Shown here in pieces: positions 24,210-33,701 of a stretch of DNA of 33,701 nt (position 1 is its first letter; each line of letters starts with the position of its first letter). The notes beneath the pieces were generated by a model. The model made no database searches and had not been told where the DNA came from. It worked only from the letters and a program-made list of their open reading frames with translations. Origin of the DNA: Chiloscyllium plagiosum (lineage: Eukaryota); NCBI RefSeq assembly GCF_004010195.1, contig NC_057720.1, positions 27,304,998 through 27,338,698 of the forward strand. The letters are read 5' to 3'. Position numbers and translations under genes: made by a program.

Positions 24210-24478
24210 AACAGAAGAAACAGCCCTGATGACCTACAAAGTCCTTCTTACTAACATCTGGAGGCTCTCCCAAATCGGCAGAGCTATTTCACAGATTAGT
24301 CAAGCAACAGCCTGACATAGTCATACTTACAGAGTAATATCTGACAGAAAATATCCCAGACACCACCATCCCTGGATATATCCTGTCCCACCAGCAGAAC
24401 AAATGCAGCAGAAATCCAGACTCCGGCTTCAGCAAAGTAATGCAAATTGGTTCATTACACATGGAGGGCTGGATTATA

Positions 24479-24696
24479 CAGGTGTTTCTTCAAGAATGTT
24501 TTAGTTGTGTTCGTGTGTAATCCCGCTATACAAACATCGTGCGTAAATTGTTGGCAATGTAATTGTATTATAGCCAACACACACTTTAAAAGTTTGCATT
24601 TGAGAAACAGCCTTCCCTATTCACCCAGTCGCGTTACAACCCAGTGTGCGTTATAGACACGTTATAGGCACGACTATGCTGAAAGTGAACTTCCTG
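24479..24696. mobile_element. ~218-bp TA-flanked MITE (Tc1/mariner-Tigger-like), degenerate TIRs
   Basis: TA|CAGGTGTTTCTTC...GTGAACTTCCTG|TA; homologous to 720-857. Confidence 0.6.
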
Positions 24697-24721
24697 TAAC
24701 CTGGTTTTGATTTCACGAGCT

Positions 24722-27118
24722 TAGAGTCATAGAGATGTGCAGCATAGAAATAGACCCATCCATGCCAACCAGATATTCCAACCCAATATAGTCCCACCTG
24801 CCAGCACCTGGCCCATATCCCTCCAAACACCTTCCTATTCATATACCCTTCCAAATGCCTTTTAAATGTTGCAATTGTACTAGGCTCCAACACTTTCTCT
24901 GGCAGCTCATTCCATACACGTACCACCCTCTGTGTGAAAAGTTGCCCCTTAGGTCTCTTTTATATCTTTCCCCTCTCACCCTAAACCTATGCCATCTAGT
25001 TCTGGACTCGTTCACCCTAGAAAAAAAACCTTGTCTATCCTATCAATGCCCCTCATGATTTTATAAACCTCTATAATGTCACCCCTCAGCCTCCGACACT
25101 CCAGGGAAAACAGCTCCAGCCTGTTCAGCTTCTCCCGTAGCTCAAATCCTCCAACCCGGCAATATCCATGTAAATCTTTTCTGAACCCTTTCAAGTTTCA
25201 CAATATCTTTCTGATAGGAAGGAGACCAGAATTGTATGCAGTACTCCAACAGTGGTCTAACCAATGTCCTGTATAGCCACAACATGACTTCCCAACTCCT
25301 GTACTGAATACTCTTGACCGATAAAAGAAAGCATACCAAACGCCTTCTTCACTATCCTATCTACCTGTGACTCCACTTTCAAGGAGCCATGAACCTGCAC
25401 TCGAAGGTCTCTTTGTTCAGCATCACTCTCTATTAAGTGTATAAGTGCTGCTAAGATTTGCTTTCACAAAATGCAGCACCTAACATTTATCTGAATTAAA
25501 CTCCGTCTGCCACTTCTCAGCCCATTGGCTCATCTGATCAAGATCCTGTTGTAATCTGAGGTAACCTTCTTCACTGTCCACTACACCTCCAATTTTGGTG
25601 TCTTCTGCAAACTTACTAACTGTGCCTCTTATGCTCACATCCAAATCATTTATATAAATGATGAAAAGTAGTGGACCCAGCACCGATCCTTGTGACACTC
25701 CACTGGTCACAGGTCTCCAGTCTGAAAAACAACCCTCCACCACCACCCTCTGCTTTCTACCTTTGAGCCAGTTCTGTGTCCAAATGGCTAGTTCTCCCTG
25801 TATTCCGTGAGATCTAATCTTGCTTAGCAGTCTCCCATGTGGAACCTTGTCGAACGCCTTACTGAAGTCGATGTAGATCACATCTACCGCTCTGCCCTCA
25901 TCAATCCTCTTTGTTCCTTCTTCAAAAAACTCAATCAAGTTAGTGAGGCATGATTTCCCATTCCCATTTTGACTATCCCTAAACAGTCCTTGCCTTTCCA
26001 AATACGTGTGCATCTGTCCCTCAGGATTCCTACCAACAACTTGCCCACCACCGACGTCAGGCTCAATGGACTATAGTTCCCTGGCTTGTCCTTACCACCT
26101 TTCTTAAATAGTGGCATCATATTAGCCAACCTCTAATCTTCTGGCACCTCTCCTGTGACTAATGATTATACAAATATCTCTGCAAAGGGCCCAGCAATCA
26201 CTTCCTAGTTTCCCACAGAGTTCTTGGGTACATCTGTTCAGGTCCTGAACTTCTATGCGTTTCAAGACATCCAGCACTTCTTCCTCTGTAATATGGACAT
26301 TTTTCAAGGTGTCACCATCTATTTCCCCACATTCTATATCTTCCATGTCCTTTGCCACAGTAAATACTGATGCAAAATACTCATTTAGTATCTCCGCCAT
26401 TTTCTGCGGCTCCACACTAAGGCCGCCTTTCTGATCTTTGAGGGGCCCTATTCTCTCCCTAGTTACCCTTTTGTCCTTAGTATATTTGTAAACACCCTTT
26501 TGATTCTCCTTAAATCTATATGCCAAAGCTATCTCATGTCCCCTTTTTGCCCTTCTGGTTTCCCTCTTAAGTATACTCCTACTGCCTTTATAATCTTCTA
26601 AGGATTCATTTGATCTATCCTGCCTATACCTTATGTATGCTTCCTTCTTTTTCTTAACCAAACCCTAAATTTCTTTAGTCATCCAGCATTCCCTACAGCT
26701 ACCAGTCTTTTCTTTCACCGTTAACAGGAATATACTTTCTCTGGACTCTTGTTATCTCATTTCTGAAGGCTTCCCATTTTCCAGACGTCCCTTTACCTGT
26801 GAACATATGCCCCCAATCAGCTTTTGAAAGTTCTTGCTTAATACCATCAAAATTGGCCTTTCTCCAATTTAGAACTTCAACTTTTAGATCTGGTCTATCC
26901 TTTCCTATTTTAAATCCAATAGAATTATGGTCGCTGGCCCCAAAGTGCTCTCCCACTGACACCTCAGACACCTGCCTTACTTCCCAAGAGTAGATCAAGT
27001 TTTGCACCTTCTCTAGTAGGTACATGTATATACTGAATCAGAAAACTTTCTTAACAAATTCCTCTCCATCTAAACCCTTCACACTATAGCAGTTCCAGTC
27101 TATGTTTGGAAAGTTAAA
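24722..27118 (-). mobile_element. CR1/HER1 LINE, ~2.4 kb, frameshifted ORF2 from EN C-terminus to 3' tail
   Basis: ORFs 26699..27025 (GASDHNSI), 26122..26661, 25935..26129, 25480..26013 (DFSKAFDKVPH, QGSVLGPLLF, KFAEDTK = mutated FADD) and 25142..25339. Confidence 0.95.
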
Positions 27119-27631
27119 TTGTGCACCTCTATTTGGCTATCTTACCATACTTTAAAGAAGAAATTCTTTAATTTGTGTGAGGCAGGACTGGTGCTTGTCT
27201 CCAAAATGAATGCTATTGAAGCTGCAAAATGAGACGTGGAAAATATCTGGAAATAATTGTTATCTCACCTCTTATAATGTACAATATTAAACATTTCTAG
27301 CACGTCACTACAGTCCAACTCTATAGGCATTATGTTACAGCTATAAAATATATTTAGTCAGACCACATCTTCAGTACTACATTCAGAACTGATGAGCATA
27401 GGAGTGTGGAAATAAGCAAACTGTGAAATTAATACAACAGGGCAATGAGGCAAATTTCTCATAGTAGAGCTAAGTTACAGAAAAAGATAAAAAGATGTGC
27501 ACACATCTTGGAATTTGATTTATTCCAAGAGGCAGTTGGAGACACTGGATACTGAAAAGGCTATGAGTACTGACAACATTACAACTATTGTTGCTGTGGT
27601 TCTGTTCGCTGAGCTGGAAGTTTTTGTTGCA

Positions 27632-27665
27632 AACGTTTCGTCCCTTGTCTAGGTGACATCCTCAG
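27632..27665 (-). ncRNA. Minimal type I hammerhead ribozyme (family C)
   Basis: GCA-CUGAGGA-U-GUCACCUAGACAAGGGAC-GAAA-CGUU-UGC: 3-bp stem I GCA/UGC, ACGU palindrome; mirrored copy at 28251-28284 (+) has CGUU changed to CUUU. Confidence 0.75.
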
Positions 27666-27806
27666 TGCTTGGGAGCCTCCTGTGAAGCGCTTCTGTGGTG
27701 TTTCCTCTGGCATTTATAGTAGCCTGTTCCTGCCGCTTCCGGTTGTCAGTTTCAGCTGTCCGCTGTAGTGGCCGGTATATTGGGTCTGACAACCAGAAGC
27801 GGCAGG

Positions 27807-27880
27807 NNNNNNNNNNNNNNNNNNNNNNNNNNNNNNNNNNNNNNNNNNNNNNNNNNNNNNNNNNNNNNNNNNNNNNNNNN
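27807..27880. other. Assembly gap (74 N)
   Basis: Run of N inside the inverted Penelope element. Confidence 0.99.
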
Positions 27881-27889
27881 TGGTGAGTT

Positions 27890-28090
27890 GTTGTCTGAGT
27901 GTGGCTGTTTGGTTTGTGTGCTGTTATAAGTCCTAGTGGTCGCAGTAGTCTGGCTGTCAGTTCTGAAATGCTCCTGATGTATGGTAGTGTAGTGAGTCCT
28001 TTGGGTTGCGGCATGTCCTCGTTCTGTTGTCTTTCCCTTAGGCATCTGTTGATGAAGTTGCGAGGATATCCGTTTTTTGCGAATACCTTT
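27890..28090 (-). pseudogene. Penelope RT thumb/linker fragment
   Basis: KVFAKNGYPRNFINRCL..TTLPYIRSISELTARLLRPLGLITAHKP: NGYP and LPY motifs lie between the RT and GIY-YIG domains in PLEs. Confidence 0.9.
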
Positions 28091-29769
28091 TTGCGAATTC
28101 CAAGAGGAAGAGGAACACCTATAAAAAGTGGACCAATATACTGGCCACTACAGCGGACAGCTGAAACTGACAACCGGAAGCGGCAGGGACAGGCCACTAT
28201 AAATGCCGGAGGAAACACCACAGAAGCGCTTCACAGGAGGCTCCCAAGCACTGAGGATGTCACCTAGACAGGGGACGAAACTTTTGCAACAAAAACTTCC
28301 AGCTCGGCGAACAGAACCACAACAACGAGCACCCGAGCTACAAATCTTCTCCCAAACTTTTTTACAACTATTGTACTGAAGATTTACTCCAGAACTTGCT
28401 GCACACCTCGTCAAGCTGTTCTAGTATGGTTACAACACTGATATCTACCCAACATTGTGGTAAATTGTCCAGATATGTCCTGAACACAAAAAGCAGGACA
28501 AATCCAACCTAGCCAATTATCACCATCAGACTACTCTCAATCATCAGTAATGTCGTGGAAGGTGTCAGCTTCAATGCTATCAAGCAGCATCTCCTCAGCA
28601 ATAACCTGCTCAGTGATGCCTAGTTTGGGTTCCACCAGGGCCACTCAGCTCCTGACCTCATTACAGCCTTAGTTCAAACATTGATAAAAGGGATGAATTC
28701 CAGAGGTGAGATGAGAGTGGCCGCCTGTGACATCAAGGCTGCATTCGATTGAGTGTGGCATCAAGGAGCCTTTGCAAACTGGCATCAGTGGATATCAGAT
28801 GGAAACTCTCTGTTGGTTGGAGTCATACCTGGCATGTAACAAGGTGATTGTGGTTGTTGGAGATCAGTCATCTCAGCTCCAGGACATCTCTGCAAAAGTT
28901 GCTCAGGATAGCCAATGATTACACAATGCTCAGTACCATTCATGGCTCCTCAGATTCCAAAGTAATCCATGTTTAAATGCAATAACATGTGTACAATATC
29001 CACCAGACTTAGGTGGACAAATGGCAAGTAATATTCACGCCACAAAAATGCCAGGCAATAACCATTTCCAATAAGAGACAATCTAATCACCACTCCTTGA
29101 CACTCATTGGTGTGACTATCACTGAATCCCCAATGAGGCGGAAGTTACTTTGACCAGAAACTCAATTGGACTTGTCACGTAAATACAATGGTTACAAGAG
29201 CAGATCAGAGGTTAGGAACACAACAGTGATAATTCACCTCTTGACTTCCTAAAGTCTGTCCACCATCTACAAGGCACGTCAGGAATGTGATGGAATACTC
29301 TCCACTTGCCTGGATGAGTGCAACTCCAACAACACTCAAGAAACTATACATCATCTAGGGCAACGCAACCCACTTTATTGGCACCACATCCACAAGCATG
29401 CACTCCCTCCATCACCAATGTTCAAGAGATGCGCTGCAGAAATTCATTAAAGATCCTTAGAGAGCTCCTTCCAAACTGATGACTACTTCCATCTAGAAGG
29501 ACAAGGACAGGAGATAACTAGGAACATCTCCACCTGTAAATTCCCCTCCATGTCACTCACCATTCTGACTTGGAAATATATCACAGTCACTCCACTGTCG
29601 CAAGGCCAAAATCATAGAATTCCCTCCCCGAGAGCTTTGTGGGTCAACCTACAGTGTGTGAATTGCAGCAGTTTCACCACCACCATCTCAAGAGCAAGTA
29701 GAAACAGGAATTAAATGCTGGCCGGTCAGTAATGCCCACATCTGGCAAGTGAATAGAAAACCATACAAT

Positions 29770-30150
29770 TCAGCTGCTGCCGGTGGCCCATATTGACCTT
29801 CTGATGCTCAATTTTGAACTTCCACATCTGTTCCAAATCTATCCCAACTTTCTGATGATAGTGCCACGCAACATGATGGAAGTGTGTCCACAGTGTGAAG
29901 GTGTGGCTTTATCCTCAAAACTCTTCCCAGTGCTATATTGATACTCTTCCCAGTGCTATATTGGACAGATACATCTGTGACAGATCGATTTATGAGGATT
30001 AGATCAGTGGGATTTTTTTTCCGTGTCTGCTCTTGTATAATCTGTCACAGGTCACGGCTAGCAGTCACATCACTAAGGAATCTACCGGTAATGTGCTACT
30101 GAGCCACTGATAGTCTTGGGTATTGAATTCCCCTTACCAGATTACAGTGT
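29770..30150 (-). mobile_element. Endonuclease-region fragment of the second LINE family
   Basis: Reverse complement GGGGAATTCAAT..TGGCTCAGTAGCAC (GDFN..WL.S-like). Confidence 0.5.
29920..29963. repeat. Perfect 21-bp direct duplication, period 23
   Basis: ACTCTTCCCAGTGCTATATTG at 29920-29940 and 29943-29963. Confidence 0.95.
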
Positions 30151-30239
30151 GTGTCCTTGCTAAGGTCATGTACTCTCTCTGGACAATATACAACTGCATT
30201 GTTATCACTGGTAGATTTTTCTTGCTAGTGGAAGGGGAC

Positions 30240-30480
30240 ATTTCTGTACGAAGCACTGCCTCCAAAGGCAATAGATACAGAATTTTTAAAGGGTTTTTAA
30301 GGCAGGTAGCTAGGTTCTTAATTATCAAGGGAATGAATGATTAATGGGAATAGGGGTATGAAGGAATGTAGAGATGAGATTAAAATCAGATCAACCATAA
30401 CCATAGTGGCGGAGCAGGCTTGAAGGACCATGTGGCTGACTGTTATTTCTTCTTTGTATGATAATATGTATGTTCATATG
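30240..30480 (+). mobile_element. CR1 3' end fragment, degraded
   Basis: TTTAAGGCAG..TAGG..AAGGGAAT..AGATCAACCATA..TGGCGGAGCAGGCTTGAAGG parallels 16190-16310. Confidence 0.65.
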
Positions 30481-31891
30481 ACATACCCATGCAGAATCCT
30501 TTGTTTGACTTGGCTGGGGACAGGAATAAAAAGGAATTTGGGAGGGAGCCTCTGCACATAAATCATTTTGTAACTATTGTGTTGAATGGGAGTCTTATGG
30601 AATTATATGATGCAGAAGGTGGCATTTCAGTCCATTTGTTTCAGCTCTTTAAAAAGAGCTATTCAATTTTTCCCACTCCCTTCTTTGCCCCATTCCCTTG
30701 CTTTTTTCTCATAGACCAATGAAATTTTTCGCTTTTGGAAATTCCTGTTGAATCTTTTCCCAGAGGCAGTGTACTGCACATCATCGTAGTTCACTGGGTG
30801 ATGTTTTTCCCTCCGACACCTTTTGTTTTACCAGTCTCCTCAATTCTATGCTCTTGGATTCTTCTTTCTGCCGGTGGAAACCATCTCTATGTCGTTACTC
30901 TATCAATACCCTTCATAGACAGCTGTCAAAAGTTACACCTTAACTATTTTGGCTGTGAAACATTCTCAATTTCTGATGCCTCTCCATGTAACTGAAAATC
31001 TGCTTTCCTGGCACTATAATAATTGAGACTAGGTGACTTCAAACTTTCAAAATTTAAAATTTGATGTATTTTTTTGTTAGGTTCGTGTATTGAAAAATAC
31101 TGGAATTGAAACTGGTAAATGAAGTGAAGGGATAGATCAGCCATGATCTAACTGAATGCAAAACAGTCTCAAGGACATTAATGAGCTTTTTTTCCATGGC
31201 TACAAGAATGACCATTGACTTTCTTGAAGCACATTGATATTAAAAGAATGAATGGGAAAAGGAACATAGTACTTCATACCCTGGTGAGAAGGACTGCAGG
31301 TTCACTAAACTAACATATGGTTGGTTTTCACTCCAGTGAGTCAGTGAGCTGATGCATATAGTTTCTGTGCTTTAGTTAGATCAGAGAGTATTCTGTTAGT
31401 AAAAGCGATTTAACCAGTAGGGGTCATGTTCGTATTGTAGGCATGTACACTGTGACTTGTACTTTTGTAATTTTTGAGGTATGTAACATTACTGGCCATG
31501 AAATTTTGATGCATTGGCAAAATGTTTACAAATGCCAACAATTCAACAATTCGTACATTTGTAAACTTGACAAATGTTCTCTGACATGATGAGTACATGG
31601 CACTATTGAGATGTTTCATTAGTTCTGACAGGCCATCAATTTTTTTCCACTGGAAAATGTTCTGAGACACACATATATTTCTCAGGTGTTTACTATCGTG
31701 TGTATGGGAAATTTTAAGCCTCAGATCTTTCAACATTGGAAGAACAGGAATTCTTCACTGAACATTGCCACTGCATCCCAGAGTAGTGAAATTTTAGGTG
31801 AAATAAAGTTAAACAAATCAGATCTTCCCGTTGCATCCAACATAAAGTGTGTAATTTGGTTGTGTAGGACTTCATTCAGCAGAAGTAAACA

Positions 31892-32476
31892 TTAAAATAT
31901 TATACCCTGAAAATTTAAATACTTTACATTGTTAAATTCTTTTATTTGTAAATGAAATAAGAAAATATTATTAAAATCTAAAAGAAATATGGGAACCTTT
32001 TTATTTACCATTGGCTCAGATGTCTGTCCTGCCTTCTAAACATCTGGCTTGCAGCCACTGCTGCTTCCTGATTCTCTGGACTCTCTCACCAAACTTCCCT
32101 CTTGATGTGATTTGGAGATGCCGGTATTGGACTGGGGTGTACAAAGTTAAAAATCACACAACACCGTTATAGTCCAACAGGTTTAATTGGAAGCACACTA
32201 ACTTTCAGAGCGACGCTCCTTCATCAGGTGGTAGTGGAGGGCTCAATCCTTATACAGAATTTATAGCAAAAATTTACAGTGTGATATAACTAAAATTATA
32301 CATTGAAAAATTGATTGTCTGTTAAAATATTACACCCTGTAAATTTAAATACTTTAAATTCTTTTATTTGTAAATGAAATAAGAAAATGTTTTTAAAATC
32401 TAAAAGAAACATGGGAACCTTTTTATTTACCATTGGCTCAGATGTCTGTCCTGCCTTCTGAACACCTGGCTTGCAG
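31892..32476 (+). repeat. Direct repeat pair: 31892-32054 (source) and 32322-32476 (copy)
   Basis: Manual alignment: 7 substitutions and one 8-bp indel over 155 bp. Confidence 0.97.
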
Positions 32477-32648
32477 ACAATCAATTTTTCAACGTATAAT
32501 TTCAGTTACATCACTGTAAATCTTTGCTATAAATTCTGTGTGTTAGGATTGAGCCCTCCACTACCACCTGATGAAGAAGCGTCGCTCTGAAAGTTAGTGT
32601 GCTTCCAATTAAACCTGTTGGACTATAACCTGGTGTTGTGTGATTTTT
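32105..32648 (-). mobile_element. PLE family A inverted pLTR insertion whose spacer is a copy of flanking host DNA
   Basis: TSD AACTTCCCTCTTG at 32092-32104 and 32649-32661; arms 32144-32321 and 32474-32653; tail 32105-32143; hammerheads at 32199-32227 (-) and 32568-32596 (+), each with CAC/GUG stem I. Confidence 0.95.
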
Positions 32649-32918
32649 AACTTCCCTCTTGTTGCCTTTCTTCAATTGTTGGTATGATCAGCAAGAGGCA
32701 GGGCAGCTCCAAAATGGTGATGATCAGGTCACATGATCCTATCAGGCCTGATCCAAACTGTTACAATAAAGTGGCTGATGGTAAATGGGTGAATGCATTT
32801 ATTCTAAATTGACTGATGTTAATGCAAAATGACTTAAAATGGGCAACATAAACTAGGGATTTTCTGTATTTGTGAGTATTATGGTCTGCTGACCAGTCGC
32901 TTGTTTGTTAATTTCAAT

Positions 32919-33701
32919 CAACATAGAACATAGAACATAGAAGAATACAGCGCAGTACAGGCCCTTTGGCCCTCGATGTTGCGCCGATCCAAGCCCACCT
33001 AACCTATACTAACCCACTATCCTCCATATACCTATCCAATGCCCGCTTAAATGCCCATAAAGAGGGAGAGTCCACCACTGCTACTGGCAGGGCATTCCAT
33101 GAACTTACGACTCGCTGAATGAAGAACCTACCCCTAACTTCAGTCCAATATCTACCCCCCTTAATGTAAAGCTATGCCCCCTTGTAATACCCAACTCCAT
33201 ACGCGGGAAAAGGTTCACACTGTCAACCCTATCTAACCCCCTAATCATCTTGTACACCTCAATCAAGTCACCCCTAAACCTTCTTTTCTCTAATGAAAAC
33301 AGCCCCAAGTGTCTCAGTCTTTCCTCATACGATCTTCCTTCCATACCAGGCAACATCCTGGTAAACCTCCTCTGCACCCGTTCCAGTGCCTCCACATCCT
33401 TCCTATAGTATGGCAACCAAAACTGCACACAATATTCCAGATGCGGCCGCACCAGAGTCTTATACAACTGCAACATGACCCCAGGACTCCGGAACTCAAT
33501 CCCTCTACCAATAAAAGCCAGTACGCCATATGCCTTCCTCACCGCACTATTTACCTGGGTGGCAACTTTCAGAAATCTGTGTACATGGACACCAAGATCA
33601 CTCTGCTCATCCACACTACCAAGTATCCGACCATTAGCCCAGTACCCCATCTCTTTGTTATTCTTCCCAAAGTGAATCACCTCACACTTAGCCACATTGA
33701 A
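32919..33701 (-). mobile_element. Young CR1/HER1 LINE 3' end with open ORF2 C-terminus, continuing beyond the window
   Basis: ORF 33105..33695 KCEVIHFG..LYKTLVRPHLEYCVQFW..LERVQRRFTRMLPG..GDLIEVYKMIRG; (CATAGAA)3 tail; CpGs retained. Confidence 0.96.

Larger units (their letters stand above)
23385..24415 (+). mobile_element. 5' region and APE endonuclease N-terminus of the second LINE family, split by a PLE
   Basis: 24280-24400 translates ELFHRLVKQQPDIVILTE*YLTENIPDTTIPGYILSHQQN (PDIVxLTE motif of APE endonucleases). Confidence 0.7.
27592..28361. mobile_element. Penelope (Poseidon-like) element, inverted pLTRs around an ORF fragment (family C)
   Basis: TSD TTACAACTATTGT at 27579-27591 and 28362-28374; arms ~27588-27785 and ~28130-28326; TATAAAT in the pLTR; 35-nt tail on the right arm. 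Confidence 0.92.
27500..29760 (+). mobile_element. Second APE-RT LINE family, RT to 3' end, split by a Penelope insertion
   Basis: Degenerate KAM..DNI..IVLK..PELA, HKKQDKSNLANY, HLLSNNLLSDA*FGFHQGHSAPDLITALVQT and DIKAAFD*VWHQG; contiguous across the TSD at 27579/28362. Confidence 0.88.

Noticed and set aside
27787..27806. Short plus-orientation pLTR piece before the gap, suggesting an extra inversion
   Set aside because: Directly abuts the N run inside a hairpin; likely a contig-end artefact and cannot be evaluated.
27649..28267. ORFs of 190 and 122 aa sharing the C-terminus TTEALHRRLPSTEDVT on opposite strands
   Set aside because: Produced by the inverted pLTR arms and an N gap; not host genes.
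33105..33695. 196-aa host CDS
   Set aside because: CR1 ORF2 C-terminus, frameshifted near its end.
1..33701. CRISPR array, operon or other prokaryotic system
   Set aside because: No regularly spaced repeat-spacer units or dense coding; the content is vertebrate retrotransposon-rich DNA.

Overview
Eukaryotic, repeat-dense non-coding DNA from a cartilaginous fish: HE1 V-SINEs and HER1/CR1 LINE tails point to a shark, possibly a carpet/bamboo shark (inference). No host protein-coding exon can be confidently supported; nearly all ORF-track entries are transposon fragments or noise. Contents: the 5' end of an L1 (minus strand, 1-719; YY1 motif, short 5' UTR, disrupted ORF1p) inserted into a TA-flanked MITE; many CR1/HER1 fragments; a second, older APE-RT LINE family; L2 and Rex1/Babar fragments; three HE1 SINEs; and at least seven Penelope-like element (PLE) pLTR insertions from three or more families, each with a minimal type I hammerhead ribozyme core. 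The most striking structure is five PLE insertions with one shared architecture: 11-14 bp TSD, one arm with a 30-40 nt 3' tail, and an inverted tail-less arm joined to the target by 3-5 nt microhomology. In the 32105-32648 insertion the spacer between the arms is a 155-bp copy of host DNA lying 37 bp upstream of the TSD (31892-32054), i.e. apparent templated capture of flanking DNA during integration. Boundaries of old repeats are approximate and family names come from motif recognition, not database searches.
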